Program-made: the position numbers and the translations under genes | Shown: positions 9,201-16,304 of the stretch, one piece after another | Numbering within the stretch: position 1 is the first letter of the stretch | Layout of the letters: each line of letters starts with the position of its first letter | Virus record (IMG/VR): IMGVR_UViG_2548876945_000011 | Coordinates: 1 to 41,326 of that record | DNA length: 41,326 nt | Direction: 5' to 3' (one strand) | Source of the DNA: a virus | Taxonomy: Duplodnaviria > Heunggongvirae > Uroviricota > Caudoviricetes | Notes under the pieces: model-generated | The model's database searches: none | Seen by the model: only the letters and a program-made list of their open reading frames with translations | What the model was told of the DNA's origin: nothing

Positions 9201-9210
9201 CGAGGAAGGT

Positions 9211-9513
9211 ATGACATTAAAAGAGTTTATTAAATCATTGAGGGTTGGTGATGCTAAGAAATTCGCGGCCAGACTTGGTGTATCGCCATCTTACTTATCG
9301 CAAATGGCGTCTGGACGAGCAGCTATATCTCCAACCCGCGCCCTTATGATCGAATCTGCGACGGAAGGCCAAGTAAGTAGGGCGGAGCTACGACCCCATG
9401 ATTGGGAGCTTATTTGGCCTGAGTATGCGAGCGGCATTCGTTTGGGGCAAACACATGTAGTTCATGCTGAAGGTGATTGTAGTGCATGCTTATCTGATGG
9501 AGTTGATTCATGA
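9211..9513 (+). CDS. ydaS: YdaS-like Cro-type HTH regulator
   Basis: 100-aa ORF (MTLKEFIKSLRVGDAKKFAARLGVSPSYLSQ...) transcribed divergently from the repressor; matches my memory of Rac YdaS. Confidence 0.75.
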   Translation: MTLKEFIKSLRVGDAKKFAARLGVSPSYLSQMASGRAAISPTRALMIESATEGQVSRAELRPHDWELIWPEYASGIRLGQTHVVHAEGDCSACLSDGVDS

Positions 9514-9935
9514 AAATCAAGCATGAACACATCCGCATGGCGATGAATGCCTGGGCGCATCCGGACGGTGAAAAAGTTCCGGCAGCTGAAATAACCAGGG
9601 CTTATTTTGAACTGGGTATGACGTTCCCAGAACTGTATGACGACAGCCATCCGGAAGCCCTGGCTCGTAATACCCAGAAAATTTTCCGCTGGGTGGAGAA
9701 AGACACCCCTGATGCGGTTAAAAAAATTCAGGCGCTGTTACCGGCGATCGAAAAGGCAATGCCACCTCTGCTGGTGGCCCGAATGCGCAGCCACAGTTCA
9801 GCCTATTTTCGGGAGCTGGTGGAGACGCGGGAACGACTGGTGAGAGACGCTGATGATTTTGTCGCAGTGGCGATCGCTGGTTTCAATCAGATGAATCGTG
9901 GTGGCCCGGCGGGAAATGCCGTGGTCGTTCATTAA
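9510..9935 (+). CDS. ydaT: YdaT-like protein (CII-like regulator/toxin family)
   Basis: 141-aa ORF overlapping the ydaS stop by 4 nt (MKIKHEHIRMAMNAWAHPDGEK...). Confidence 0.75.
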   Translation: MKIKHEHIRMAMNAWAHPDGEKVPAAEITRAYFELGMTFPELYDDSHPEALARNTQKIFRWVEKDTPDAVKKIQALLPAIEKAMPPLLVARMRSHSSAYFRELVETRERLVRDADDFVAVAIAGFNQMNRGGPAGNAVVVH

Positions 9936-9956
9936 GAATGGTATAGGAGAAAATCG

Positions 9957-10250
9957 ATGACATTTACAAATGAAGGTCGAATTGTTTTTGATTTTGAGTA
10001 CGAAACTCCATTGCAGAGATTGATTATGTTAAGAATTTTCTGCTCCGGGAGTGGCGATGGTGGGCGTGAAAAGCGTTTTGAAGATCAGGAATTCCGACGT
10101 TTTTGTTGTTGTACGTTTGATGAGTTTGAGCAGGCTATCGCCAAACTTATCGAGATGGGGGTGATTCATAAAATAAGTTATGGATATCAATACGGAAAGC
10201 CATCAAGTGGTTACATCATCAAAGATCCAGATGAAATTATTCAGTTATGA
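9957..10250 (+). CDS. Hypothetical protein
   Basis: 97-aa ORF with GGAGA RBS, overlapping the start of the replication initiator gene. Confidence 0.5.
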   Translation: MTFTNEGRIVFDFEYETPLQRLIMLRIFCSGSGDGGREKRFEDQEFRRFCCCTFDEFEQAIAKLIEMGVIHKISYGYQYGKPSSGYIIKDPDEIIQL

Positions 10251-11212
10251 GTCTTCTTTTTGCTGAACGCCCGCTGGTTATTAACACGCAGCTGGCGATG
10301 AAAATTGGTCTGAACGAAGCCATCGTGTTGCAGCAGCTGCATTACTGGTTGAGAGATACCGGTTCCGGCATGGAATGTGATGGTGTTCGCTGGATTTATA
10401 ACACAACAGAACAATGGCTGGAACAGTTCCCGTTCTGGTCAGAGTCAACGTTAAAACGCGCATTTGCAAGTCTGAAAGCGCTGGGGCTTTTGCGTTGTGA
10501 AAAGCTCAACAAATCAAAGCGTGACATGACTAATTTTTACACGATTAATTACGAGAGCGAGCTTTTAGATGGTGGCAAAGTGAGCGAATCCATCAGGTCA
10601 AAATGCGCCGCTCCATCAGGTCAAAATGACACGATGGAAGAGGCCAAAATGGCACGCTCCATTGGCTCAAAACGACCCAATGTCATCGGGTCAAAATGGC
10701 CTGATGATCTTACAGAGAATACAACAGAGATTACTACAGAGAATAAAAACACTTCTCGTCCGGAAGCTTTGCAACCGGACATGCAGACGGCTGAACAGGA
10801 TTTTTTAACCCGACACCCTGACGCGGTTGTGTTCAGTGCGAAAAAACGCCAGTGGGGCAACCAGGAGGATTTAGCGTGTGCGCAGTGGATCTGGGGACGA
10901 ATCGTGAGTCTTTACGAGCAGGCTGCCAGCGATGATGGCGAAATCATGCGACCGAAAGAACCCAACTGGACTGCATGGGCCAATGATGTGCGCACAATGC
11001 GGATGCTGGATGGCAGAACTCACAGACAAATTTGCGAAATGTTTGGTCGGGTACAGCGGGATCCATTCTGGGTAAAAAACGTCATGAGCCCGTCAAAGCT
11101 TCGCGAAAAATGGGATGAGCTGGTTATTCGTCTGGGGCGTTCACCTGTACAGCGTTGCGTGAATCACATTTCTGAACCGGACACCGAAATTCCGCCGGGC
11201 TTCAGGGGGTAA
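10247..11212 (+). CDS. Replication initiator / replisome organiser (lambda O-like)
   Basis: 321-aa ORF immediately upstream of the DnaC-like gene; contains iterons inside its coding sequence, as lambda O contains ori. Confidence 0.65.
   Translation: MSLLFAERPLVINTQLAMKIGLNEAIVLQQLHYWLRDTGSGMECDGVRWIYNTTEQWLEQFPFWSESTLKRAFASLKALGLLRCEKLNKSKRDMTNFYTINYESELLDGGKVSESIRSKCAAPSGQNDTMEEAKMARSIGSKRPNVIGSKWPDDLTENTTEITTENKNTSRPEALQPDMQTAEQDFLTRHPDAVVFSAKKRQWGNQEDLACAQWIWGRIVSLYEQAASDDGEIMRPKEPNWTAWANDVRTMRMLDGRTHRQICEMFGRVQRDPFWVKNVMSPSKLREKWDELVIRLGRSPVQRCVNHISEPDTEIPPGFRG
10592..10698. repeat. Candidate replication origin: five iterons (consensus ATCrGGTCAAAATG)
   Basis: Direct repeats starting near 10592, 10615, 10638, 10661 and 10685 at about 23-bp spacing, followed by three ACAGAGAwT repeats at 10711-10745. 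Confidence 0.6.
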
Positions 11213-11218
11213 CGAAGC

Positions 11219-11719
11219 ATGAAAAATATTGCGACAGGCGGTGTTCTTGAACGCATCCGTAAGCTGGCTCCGCAGCATGTAACCGCGCCATACCGAACAG
11301 TGGACGAGTGGCGCGAGTGGCAACTTGCTGAAGGCCAGAAACGTAGCGAGGAGATCAACCGCCTGAATCGCCAGTTGCGGGTGGAAAAAATTCTGAATCG
11401 CTCAGGCATCCAGCCGTTGCACCGCAAGTGCTCGTTTGCGAATTACCAGGTGCAGAACGAAGGGCAGCGATACGCGTTAAGCCAGGCGAAATCCATCGCC
11501 GATGAACTGATGACCGGGTGTACAAATTTTGCGTTCAGCGGAAAACCTGGTACCGGGAAAAATCACTTAGCGGCAGCTATCGGGAATCGCCTGCTGAAAG
11601 ACGGTCAGACAGTGATTGTGGTTACCGTGGCTGATGTTATGAGCGCCCTGCACGCCAGCTATGACGACGGGCAGTCAGGCACGCAAAAGTTGCAGGACTG
11701 GATGATGCCGATACCGTAA
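11219..11719 (+). CDS. DnaC-like helicase loader, apparently C-terminally truncated
   Basis: Walker A GKPGTGKNHLAAAIG present, but the ORF stops at 166 aa, before the expected Walker B region, against about 245 aa for DnaC-family proteins. Confidence 0.6.
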   Translation: MKNIATGGVLERIRKLAPQHVTAPYRTVDEWREWQLAEGQKRSEEINRLNRQLRVEKILNRSGIQPLHRKCSFANYQVQNEGQRYALSQAKSIADELMTGCTNFAFSGKPGTGKNHLAAAIGNRLLKDGQTVIVVTVADVMSALHASYDDGQSGTQKLQDWMMPIP

Positions 11720-11876
11720 CGCTTAAGGAAGTGACAGAAGCATTGTTGCATTGTGCGGAACAGATTCGCGCGCCTGAATAATTAAATTTAGTGTTGTAAA
11801 TAAAATTTAATCCTTAACCGGAGGGATTTCTGCACCCTCAGAACATCAGGAGGCCGCCCGAAAGGGCGGTAATGAA

Positions 11877-12059
11877 ATGCGAAAGTTCAGAATAATTATT
11901 GAAACGGGAATAGCTGGTGGAGATTTTGAGGATGTATTCGAAGTGGATGATGGTGCGACACCAGATGAAATACAGGACGAAGCAAAAGAAATTTTCTTTA
12001 ACTACTGCAATTACTCATATCACGAAATAAAAGATGAGGAGGAAGAACAAAATGGCTGA
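11877..12059 (+). CDS. Small highly acidic protein
   Basis: 60 aa with 18 D/E against 5 K/R; AGGAGG lies 23 nt upstream, separated from the ATG by a CCGCCC-GAAA-GGGCGG hairpin. Confidence 0.45.
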   Translation: MRKFRIIIETGIAGGDFEDVFEVDDGATPDEIQDEAKEIFFNYCNYSYHEIKDEEEEQNG

Positions 12060-12228
12060 TTTTGGTTCAACTAAATACAACGTCAGTTTTGAAGAATGGC
12101 ATGAACTGTTAATGGACTATGCAGAGTTACGCGGTGGAAGTGCCGCTGATGCTGAAGCATGGCGTGATGACTACGAAGCAGGAAAAACTCCGGTCGAAGC
12201 ATATTGTGATGAGTGGGGCGATGAATGA
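12052..12228 (+). CDS. Small acidic protein
   Basis: 58 aa from MADFGSTKYNV... with 16 D/E against 4 K/R; GGAGGAAG RBS; start overlaps the previous gene's end. Confidence 0.45.
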   Translation: MADFGSTKYNVSFEEWHELLMDYAELRGGSAADAEAWRDDYEAGKTPVEAYCDEWGDE

Positions 12229-12439
12229 GCGAGATTAATTATCAGGAAGGACATGATTTCGTTATGCTTGATGGAGGGCGCTATATATTTTCCTCGCACC
12301 TGTGATAAAAATGATGAGCCGAGACTGTATTTACGGGACGCTGAGAGAATACCATAGAAAAGCTTATCTAACTTAAGTAGAATTGCTGCGGGTGCTTGAG
12401 GCTATCTGCCTCAGGCATGAACACCAAAGGCAGATAGAG

Positions 12440-12510
12440 AAAAGCCCCAGTTAACATTACGCGTCCTGCAAGACGCTTAACATTAATCTGAGGCTCAATC
12501 TATGAACGGC
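12440..12510 (-). ncRNA. sok: Sok-like antisense RNA (antitoxin of the hok locus)
   Basis: Minus-strand promoter TTGCCT (12545-12540), 17-bp spacer, TAACCT (12522-12517); the transcript would be complementary to the mok start region. Ends are approximate. Confidence 0.4.
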
Positions 12511-12558
12511 AAATCTAGGTTAGCCTCTTACGTGCCGAAAGGCAAGGAGAAGCAGGCT

Positions 12559-12714
12559 ATGAAGCAGCAAAAGGCGATGTTAATCGCCCTGATCGTCATC
12601 TGTTTAACCGTCATAGTGACGGCACTGGTAACGAGGAAAGACCTCTGCGAGGTACGAATCCGAACCGGCCAGACGGAGGTCGCTGTTTTCGTAGACTACG
12701 AATCTGAGAAGTAA
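12559..12714 (+). CDS. hok: Hok/Gef-family type I membrane toxin
   Basis: 51-aa MKQQKAMLIALIVICLTVIVTALVTRKDLCEVRIRTGQTEVAVF...; closely matches the HokD/RelF and HokC sequences I remember; in-frame mok-like leader from 12502. Confidence 0.8.
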   Translation: MKQQKAMLIALIVICLTVIVTALVTRKDLCEVRIRTGQTEVAVFVDYESEK

Positions 12715-12784
12715 GAGTGACCAGGCGGGAGAGTAATCTCCCGCCACCTCTGATGTGTCGGCATCCTCAACGCACCCGCGCTTA

Positions 12785-12806
12785 ACCCGCTTCGGCGGGT
12801 TTTTTG
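12785..12806 (+). terminator. Intrinsic terminator of the hok transcript
   Basis: ACCCGC-TTCG-GCGGGT hairpin followed by TTTTTTGTTTT; preceded by a 9-bp perfect hairpin at 12724-12745 (fbi-like 3' element). Confidence 0.6.
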
Positions 12807-12880
12807 TTTTACGTATTCTGGTTTACAATCCACAGGCCAGCCTGAACAACTGGCACCTGCTGCGCCAGCGGAGAACTACG

Positions 12881-13480
12881 ATGGCGCATATACAACTGGT
12901 CAAACAAACCTCTTCCGGATTACTTCTCCCGGCGACGCCGGAGAGTTGCGATTTTTTGCATCAAATCAAAATAGGTGAGTGGATACACGCAGACTTTAAG
13001 CGTGTGCGTAACTACGCATTCCACAAGCGTTTTTTCAAACTCCTGCAACTGGGATTCGATTACTGGACTCCGGTCGGTGGGGCGATCACGCCTCGCGAAC
13101 GAAAACTGGTATCAGGCTTCGTTGATTACCTGTGCGAATCAGTAGGTCGGGAACACACTCCAGCCCTGAGTGATGCCGCAGAGCAATACCTTAATACAGT
13201 TGCGACATGCAGAACCCGGGATACGGCATTGCTAAAGTCGTTTGACGCTTTCCGCGAGTGGGTAACCATTCAGGCCGGATTTTACACCGAGCATATTTAT
13301 CCTGATGGTAGTCGTGGGCGCAGGGCAAAATCTATCGCATTTGCGAACATGGACGAAACCGAGTTTCAGCAGGTTTATAAATCTGTACTGAATGTGCTGT
13401 GGAACTGGATCCTGTTCCGTAAATTTTCCTCTCCGGAGGAAGTCGAAAATGTGGCCGTGCAGCTGCTGGAGTTTGCGTAA
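12881..13480 (+). CDS. Conserved lambdoid nin-region protein (possibly DUF1367-like)
   Basis: 199-aa product from MAHIQLVKQTSSG... with GGAGA RBS; the upstream part of the tracked ORF overlaps the hok terminator and is unlikely to be coding. Confidence 0.55.
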   Translation: MAHIQLVKQTSSGLLLPATPESCDFLHQIKIGEWIHADFKRVRNYAFHKRFFKLLQLGFDYWTPVGGAITPRERKLVSGFVDYLCESVGREHTPALSDAAEQYLNTVATCRTRDTALLKSFDAFREWVTIQAGFYTEHIYPDGSRGRRAKSIAFANMDETEFQQVYKSVLNVLWNWILFRKFSSPEEVENVAVQLLEFA

Positions 13481-13770
13481 TGGTGGATTTACGTAAAGCG
13501 GCGCGGGGCCAGATGTGCCAGGTCAGAATCCCTGGCTACTGCAATCACAATCCCGAAACGTCTGTGCTGGCGCATTACCGACTGGCGGGAACGTGCGGAA
13601 CGGCGATAAAGCCACACGATATGCAGGCAGCGATTGCCTGTAGCTCGTGCCACGATTTAATCGACGGGCGGGTAAAAACCAGCGATTACACCAAAGAAGA
13701 ATTACGCCTGATGCACGCAGAAGGTGTTTTTCGCACACAAGAAATCTGGAGAAAGGAAGGTTATTTATGA
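13480..13770 (+). CDS. ybcO: YbcO-like putative nuclease (DUF1364)
   Basis: 96-aa ORF with conserved Cys pattern (CQVRIPGYCN...CSSCHD); resembles DLP12 YbcO as I remember it. Confidence 0.65.
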   Translation: MVDLRKAARGQMCQVRIPGYCNHNPETSVLAHYRLAGTCGTAIKPHDMQAAIACSSCHDLIDGRVKTSDYTKEELRLMHAEGVFRTQEIWRKEGYL

Positions 13771-14321
13771 TTTACCCAACGAATACAGGAAAAAGCGGAG
13801 AACACCTTCGTCTCACCACGCTGGAAAGTGTCTGGATTCAGGGAAAACTGCGTATGTGGGGGCGCTGGTCGTATATTGGTGGCGGTAAGACGGGGAATAT
13901 GTTCAACCAGTTGTTGACCTCTAAAAAGCTGACAAAAACGGAAATTAACGAGGCGCTCCGCAGGATGAAAAAAGCAGGTCTGGACAAACCTGAACTTGAG
14001 GCTTTTTTGCGGGGTATGATTAACGGCAAGCAAAAGAGCTGGCTGGCACATTGTACCGATTCAGAGGCATTAATAATCGACAGGGTTATTGGCGAAGTAC
14101 TGGCAGAACACCCAGGATTGATTTGTATCCTCCAGCAACGATATGAAGGGAGTGGGATGACTAAGCGAAAAATGGCTGAATTGCTGAATGATTCACACCC
14201 TGAGTGGTGTTACGCCACGTGCCGTAATCGCATAGATGCGTGGTTGAAAATGGCAGAGTTTATGCTCTATCTGCCGATGCGTGATGCATTCTCTTCCGGG
14301 GATTTAAAAACTGTCTGTTGA
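13767..14321 (+). CDS. Putative late antiterminator (Q-like)
   Basis: 184-aa ORF coupled to ybcO by an ATGA overlap; a promoter-plus-terminator pair follows directly; assignment by position and weak motif resemblance only. Confidence 0.4.
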   Translation: MIYPTNTGKSGEHLRLTTLESVWIQGKLRMWGRWSYIGGGKTGNMFNQLLTSKKLTKTEINEALRRMKKAGLDKPELEAFLRGMINGKQKSWLAHCTDSEALIIDRVIGEVLAEHPGLICILQQRYEGSGMTKRKMAELLNDSHPEWCYATCRNRIDAWLKMAEFMLYLPMRDAFSSGDLKTVC

Positions 14322-14347
14322 CTCAATCTGTTATCCGGGGCTATATT
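14318..14347 (+). promoter_or_regulatory. Candidate late promoter (PR'-like)
   Basis: TTGACT overlapping the Q-like stop codon, 18-bp spacer, TATATT. Confidence 0.35.
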
Positions 14348-14407
14348 TCCGAAGCGCCAGCAAAATCTGGCGTCGGGATTGGAACCCCGGATATCGAAAC
14401 GGTGCAT

Positions 14408-14427
14408 ACCGCGCTGGCGGTTTTTTT
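14408..14427 (+). terminator. Candidate tR'-like terminator
   Basis: ACCGC-GCTG-GCGGT hairpin followed by T7, about 60 nt downstream of the candidate late promoter. Confidence 0.4.
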
Positions 14428-14590
14428 ATGCGCTAAGCACAGTCACATTCGCGATTTATGGCGGGCTGTGTGGGGGCACCGAAAGGTGCACCGGATGTTT
14501 CGACCGGTAGTTCCAACCCTGCACAGTTCGCCACCCGATGATTGGAACCTGAAGGTGGTGAGGTAAAAATTATCGAAACGCGAGGTCGTT

Positions 14591-15154
14591 ATGACTGTTC
14601 AAGTTGCTGTCAAAAACCTTTCCCCTGTCACTTATAACCAGATTCCTGTAATCACAACTGAGTTACTCGCCCGCCTTTACGGAACAGAAGCAATCCGTAT
14701 ACAGCAGAATCACCATAAAAATAAATCTCGATTTATTGAGGGAAAACACTTCTTTAAAGCTGTTGGTGATGAGCTCAAAAATTTGCGACTAGTTTTAAAC
14801 GAGTCGCAAAATGAGGTGAAAATTTCTCCAAAAACCCGCTCCCTCATCCTCTGGACAGAACGCGGCGCAGCCCGCCACGCAAAAATGCTCGAAACCGATC
14901 AGGCGTGGGATGTGTTCGAAAGACTGGAAGACTGCTATTTCAGACAAAAGGATCCGTCAGCGCCAGTTTCATGCCAGAAAAGTTACGACACGCGAGTTCT
15001 CTGTTATCAGCGAGGCGGTGTCACTGTTTCCACAATTCAGTTGCGGGATGATGATATTGTTATTTCCCTTGAGTCATGGCTGGAACTGGCGAGAGCCAAT
15101 GGTTGGTTTGTTGTTCGCAGAGATAAACTGGTGGAAAGGCTGATGCAGCTTTAA
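14591..15154 (+). CDS. ORF6N-domain protein (antirepressor-like N-terminal domain)
   Basis: 187 aa; motifs NKSRFIEGKHFF and LILWTERGAARHAKMLETDQAWDVFERLE match my memory of the ORF6N family. Confidence 0.65.
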   Translation: MTVQVAVKNLSPVTYNQIPVITTELLARLYGTEAIRIQQNHHKNKSRFIEGKHFFKAVGDELKNLRLVLNESQNEVKISPKTRSLILWTERGAARHAKMLETDQAWDVFERLEDCYFRQKDPSAPVSCQKSYDTRVLCYQRGGVTVSTIQLRDDDIVISLESWLELARANGWFVVRRDKLVERLMQL

Positions 15155-15244
15155 AAAAGTTCTTGCAATTTTAGCCATAAACTGCTTCAATCCCAGTACG
15201 CTTCGCAAAGCTGTATCGCGAGGCGAACCAAGCGCATGAACTTT

Positions 15245-15283
15245 ACCAGAACCCGCCATTGAGCGGGTTTTGTTGTTTCTGGT
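15245..15283 (+). terminator. Intrinsic terminator after the ORF6N gene
   Basis: CCCGC-CATTGA-GCGGG hairpin with outer ACCAGAA/TTCTGGT pairing, followed by TTTTGTTGTTT. Confidence 0.55.
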
Positions 15284-15387
15284 ACTGGCGAACCTGATGT
15301 TTCATTTCTGAAGCGCGATTCCTGGCGGAATACCTAGAATCGAGACATTCTGGTAAAATTGTGTTCAGTACAGGATGTGGAGGTGAG

Positions 15388-15957
15388 ATGAGAGAACTAC
15401 CTAAAGTTTATTTTTTAGGAGTAGATGATGAGCTCGTCGATTATCTTGAAAAACAAGGGGAAGAGACGATACGAGAGATTCATCTTTCTAACAAAACCAA
15501 TGTTGAGAATGGATACAAACTTCTGAACATTCAGATTGTTGGAATTGGCTCATCTTTTTTATTGCTGACACAGAAAACTAATTTCGATTTTCTCACCGCC
15601 GGAATTACCACATTTACATTACTATGGACATGGTGCGCCATTTACTTGGTATGTACTGGTTTATCTGTGAAGGTTAGGGGCCTGATCAATGCCCCTCCTG
15701 ATCATCTATATCATGAAAAATATAAGGATATGGAGCCCTCGAGCTTTAAAATATTCGCTGATGCAGGATATTTAGGACCTGATAAGTTATTGCCGCTTAT
15801 ACGAAGGTATCGCCTTGTTGACTTGAGTGATACAGCAAGAGAGTTACTGTTGGAAAATGAGAAAATCCGCACGAGTCTCGATAAAGCAAGGATGTATACC
15901 ATCCTTGCTCCGGTAGCGGCGATGTTTATCTCGGCTGTTTTTTTATATGTTCAATGA
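15388..15957 (+). CDS. Hypothetical membrane protein (cargo gene between late promoter and lysis cassette)
   Basis: 189 aa from MRELPKVYFLG...; GGAGGTG RBS; about three predicted hydrophobic helices; visibly AT-rich relative to flanking genes. Confidence 0.55.
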   Translation: MRELPKVYFLGVDDELVDYLEKQGEETIREIHLSNKTNVENGYKLLNIQIVGIGSSFLLLTQKTNFDFLTAGITTFTLLWTWCAIYLVCTGLSVKVRGLINAPPDHLYHEKYKDMEPSSFKIFADAGYLGPDKLLPLIRRYRLVDLSDTARELLLENEKIRTSLDKARMYTILAPVAAMFISAVFLYVQ

Positions 15958-16087
15958 CTGAGTCGGCAGAATCTCCAACAAAAACACGACGTGTAGCAAA
16001 GTCTGCAGTACTTTGTGTTGGAGTTGGTTTTGGTGCCACGGGTTGCTGAGGTTTATTTTCACCTTGTGGCTTGTTTTTTTCAGACAT
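15926..16087 (-). CDS. Small proline-rich hypothetical protein, convergent with the membrane protein gene
   Basis: 53 aa (MSEKNKPQGENKPQQPVAPKPTPTQ...) with AGAGGA RBS 5 nt upstream; 3' ends of the two genes overlap by about 30 nt. Confidence 0.4.
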   Translation of the reverse strand: MSEKNKPQGENKPQQPVAPKPTPTQSTADFATRRVFVGDSADSVIEHIKKQPR

Positions 16088-16181
16088 AAAAATCCTCTTT
16101 GTTTGAATTGTTACTTTTGGCGATTTAACGATATCAAACACGAGTATATACCGCCAGAAGCTTAATCTGGCACTCCATCTG

Positions 16182-16206
16182 GCCCCGGCATGTCCCGGGG
16201 CTTTTT
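16182..16206 (+). terminator. Intrinsic terminator upstream of the holin gene
   Basis: 7-bp GC stem GCCCCGG/CCGGGGC with 6-nt loop, followed by TTTTT. Confidence 0.6.
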
Positions 16207-16304
16207 CGTTGTTAGGCTCCGGAAACATCCTCGACTTCTTGTTAGCAAGACTGAGAGCCTGAATCTTACACTTAGCACCATCCGAACTCTCGGAGGTGAG
16301 GCTT

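Noticed and set aside
12755-12880. 5' extension of the tracked 241-aa ORF
   Set aside because: Overlaps the hok terminator hairpin and T-run; the in-frame ATG at 12881 with a GGAGA RBS is the credible start.
14318-14566. 82-aa ORF immediately after the Q-like gene
   Set aside because: Starts with TTG overlapping the upstream stop and spans a promoter-like element and a hairpin with T7. More likely a regulatory leader than a protein.
14430-14590. Possible tRNA-like or structured RNA downstream of the tR'-like terminator
   Set aside because: Contains short GC hairpins and a repeated GATTGGAACC, but no acceptor, anticodon or T-arm arrangement I could fold by eye. Left unassigned.
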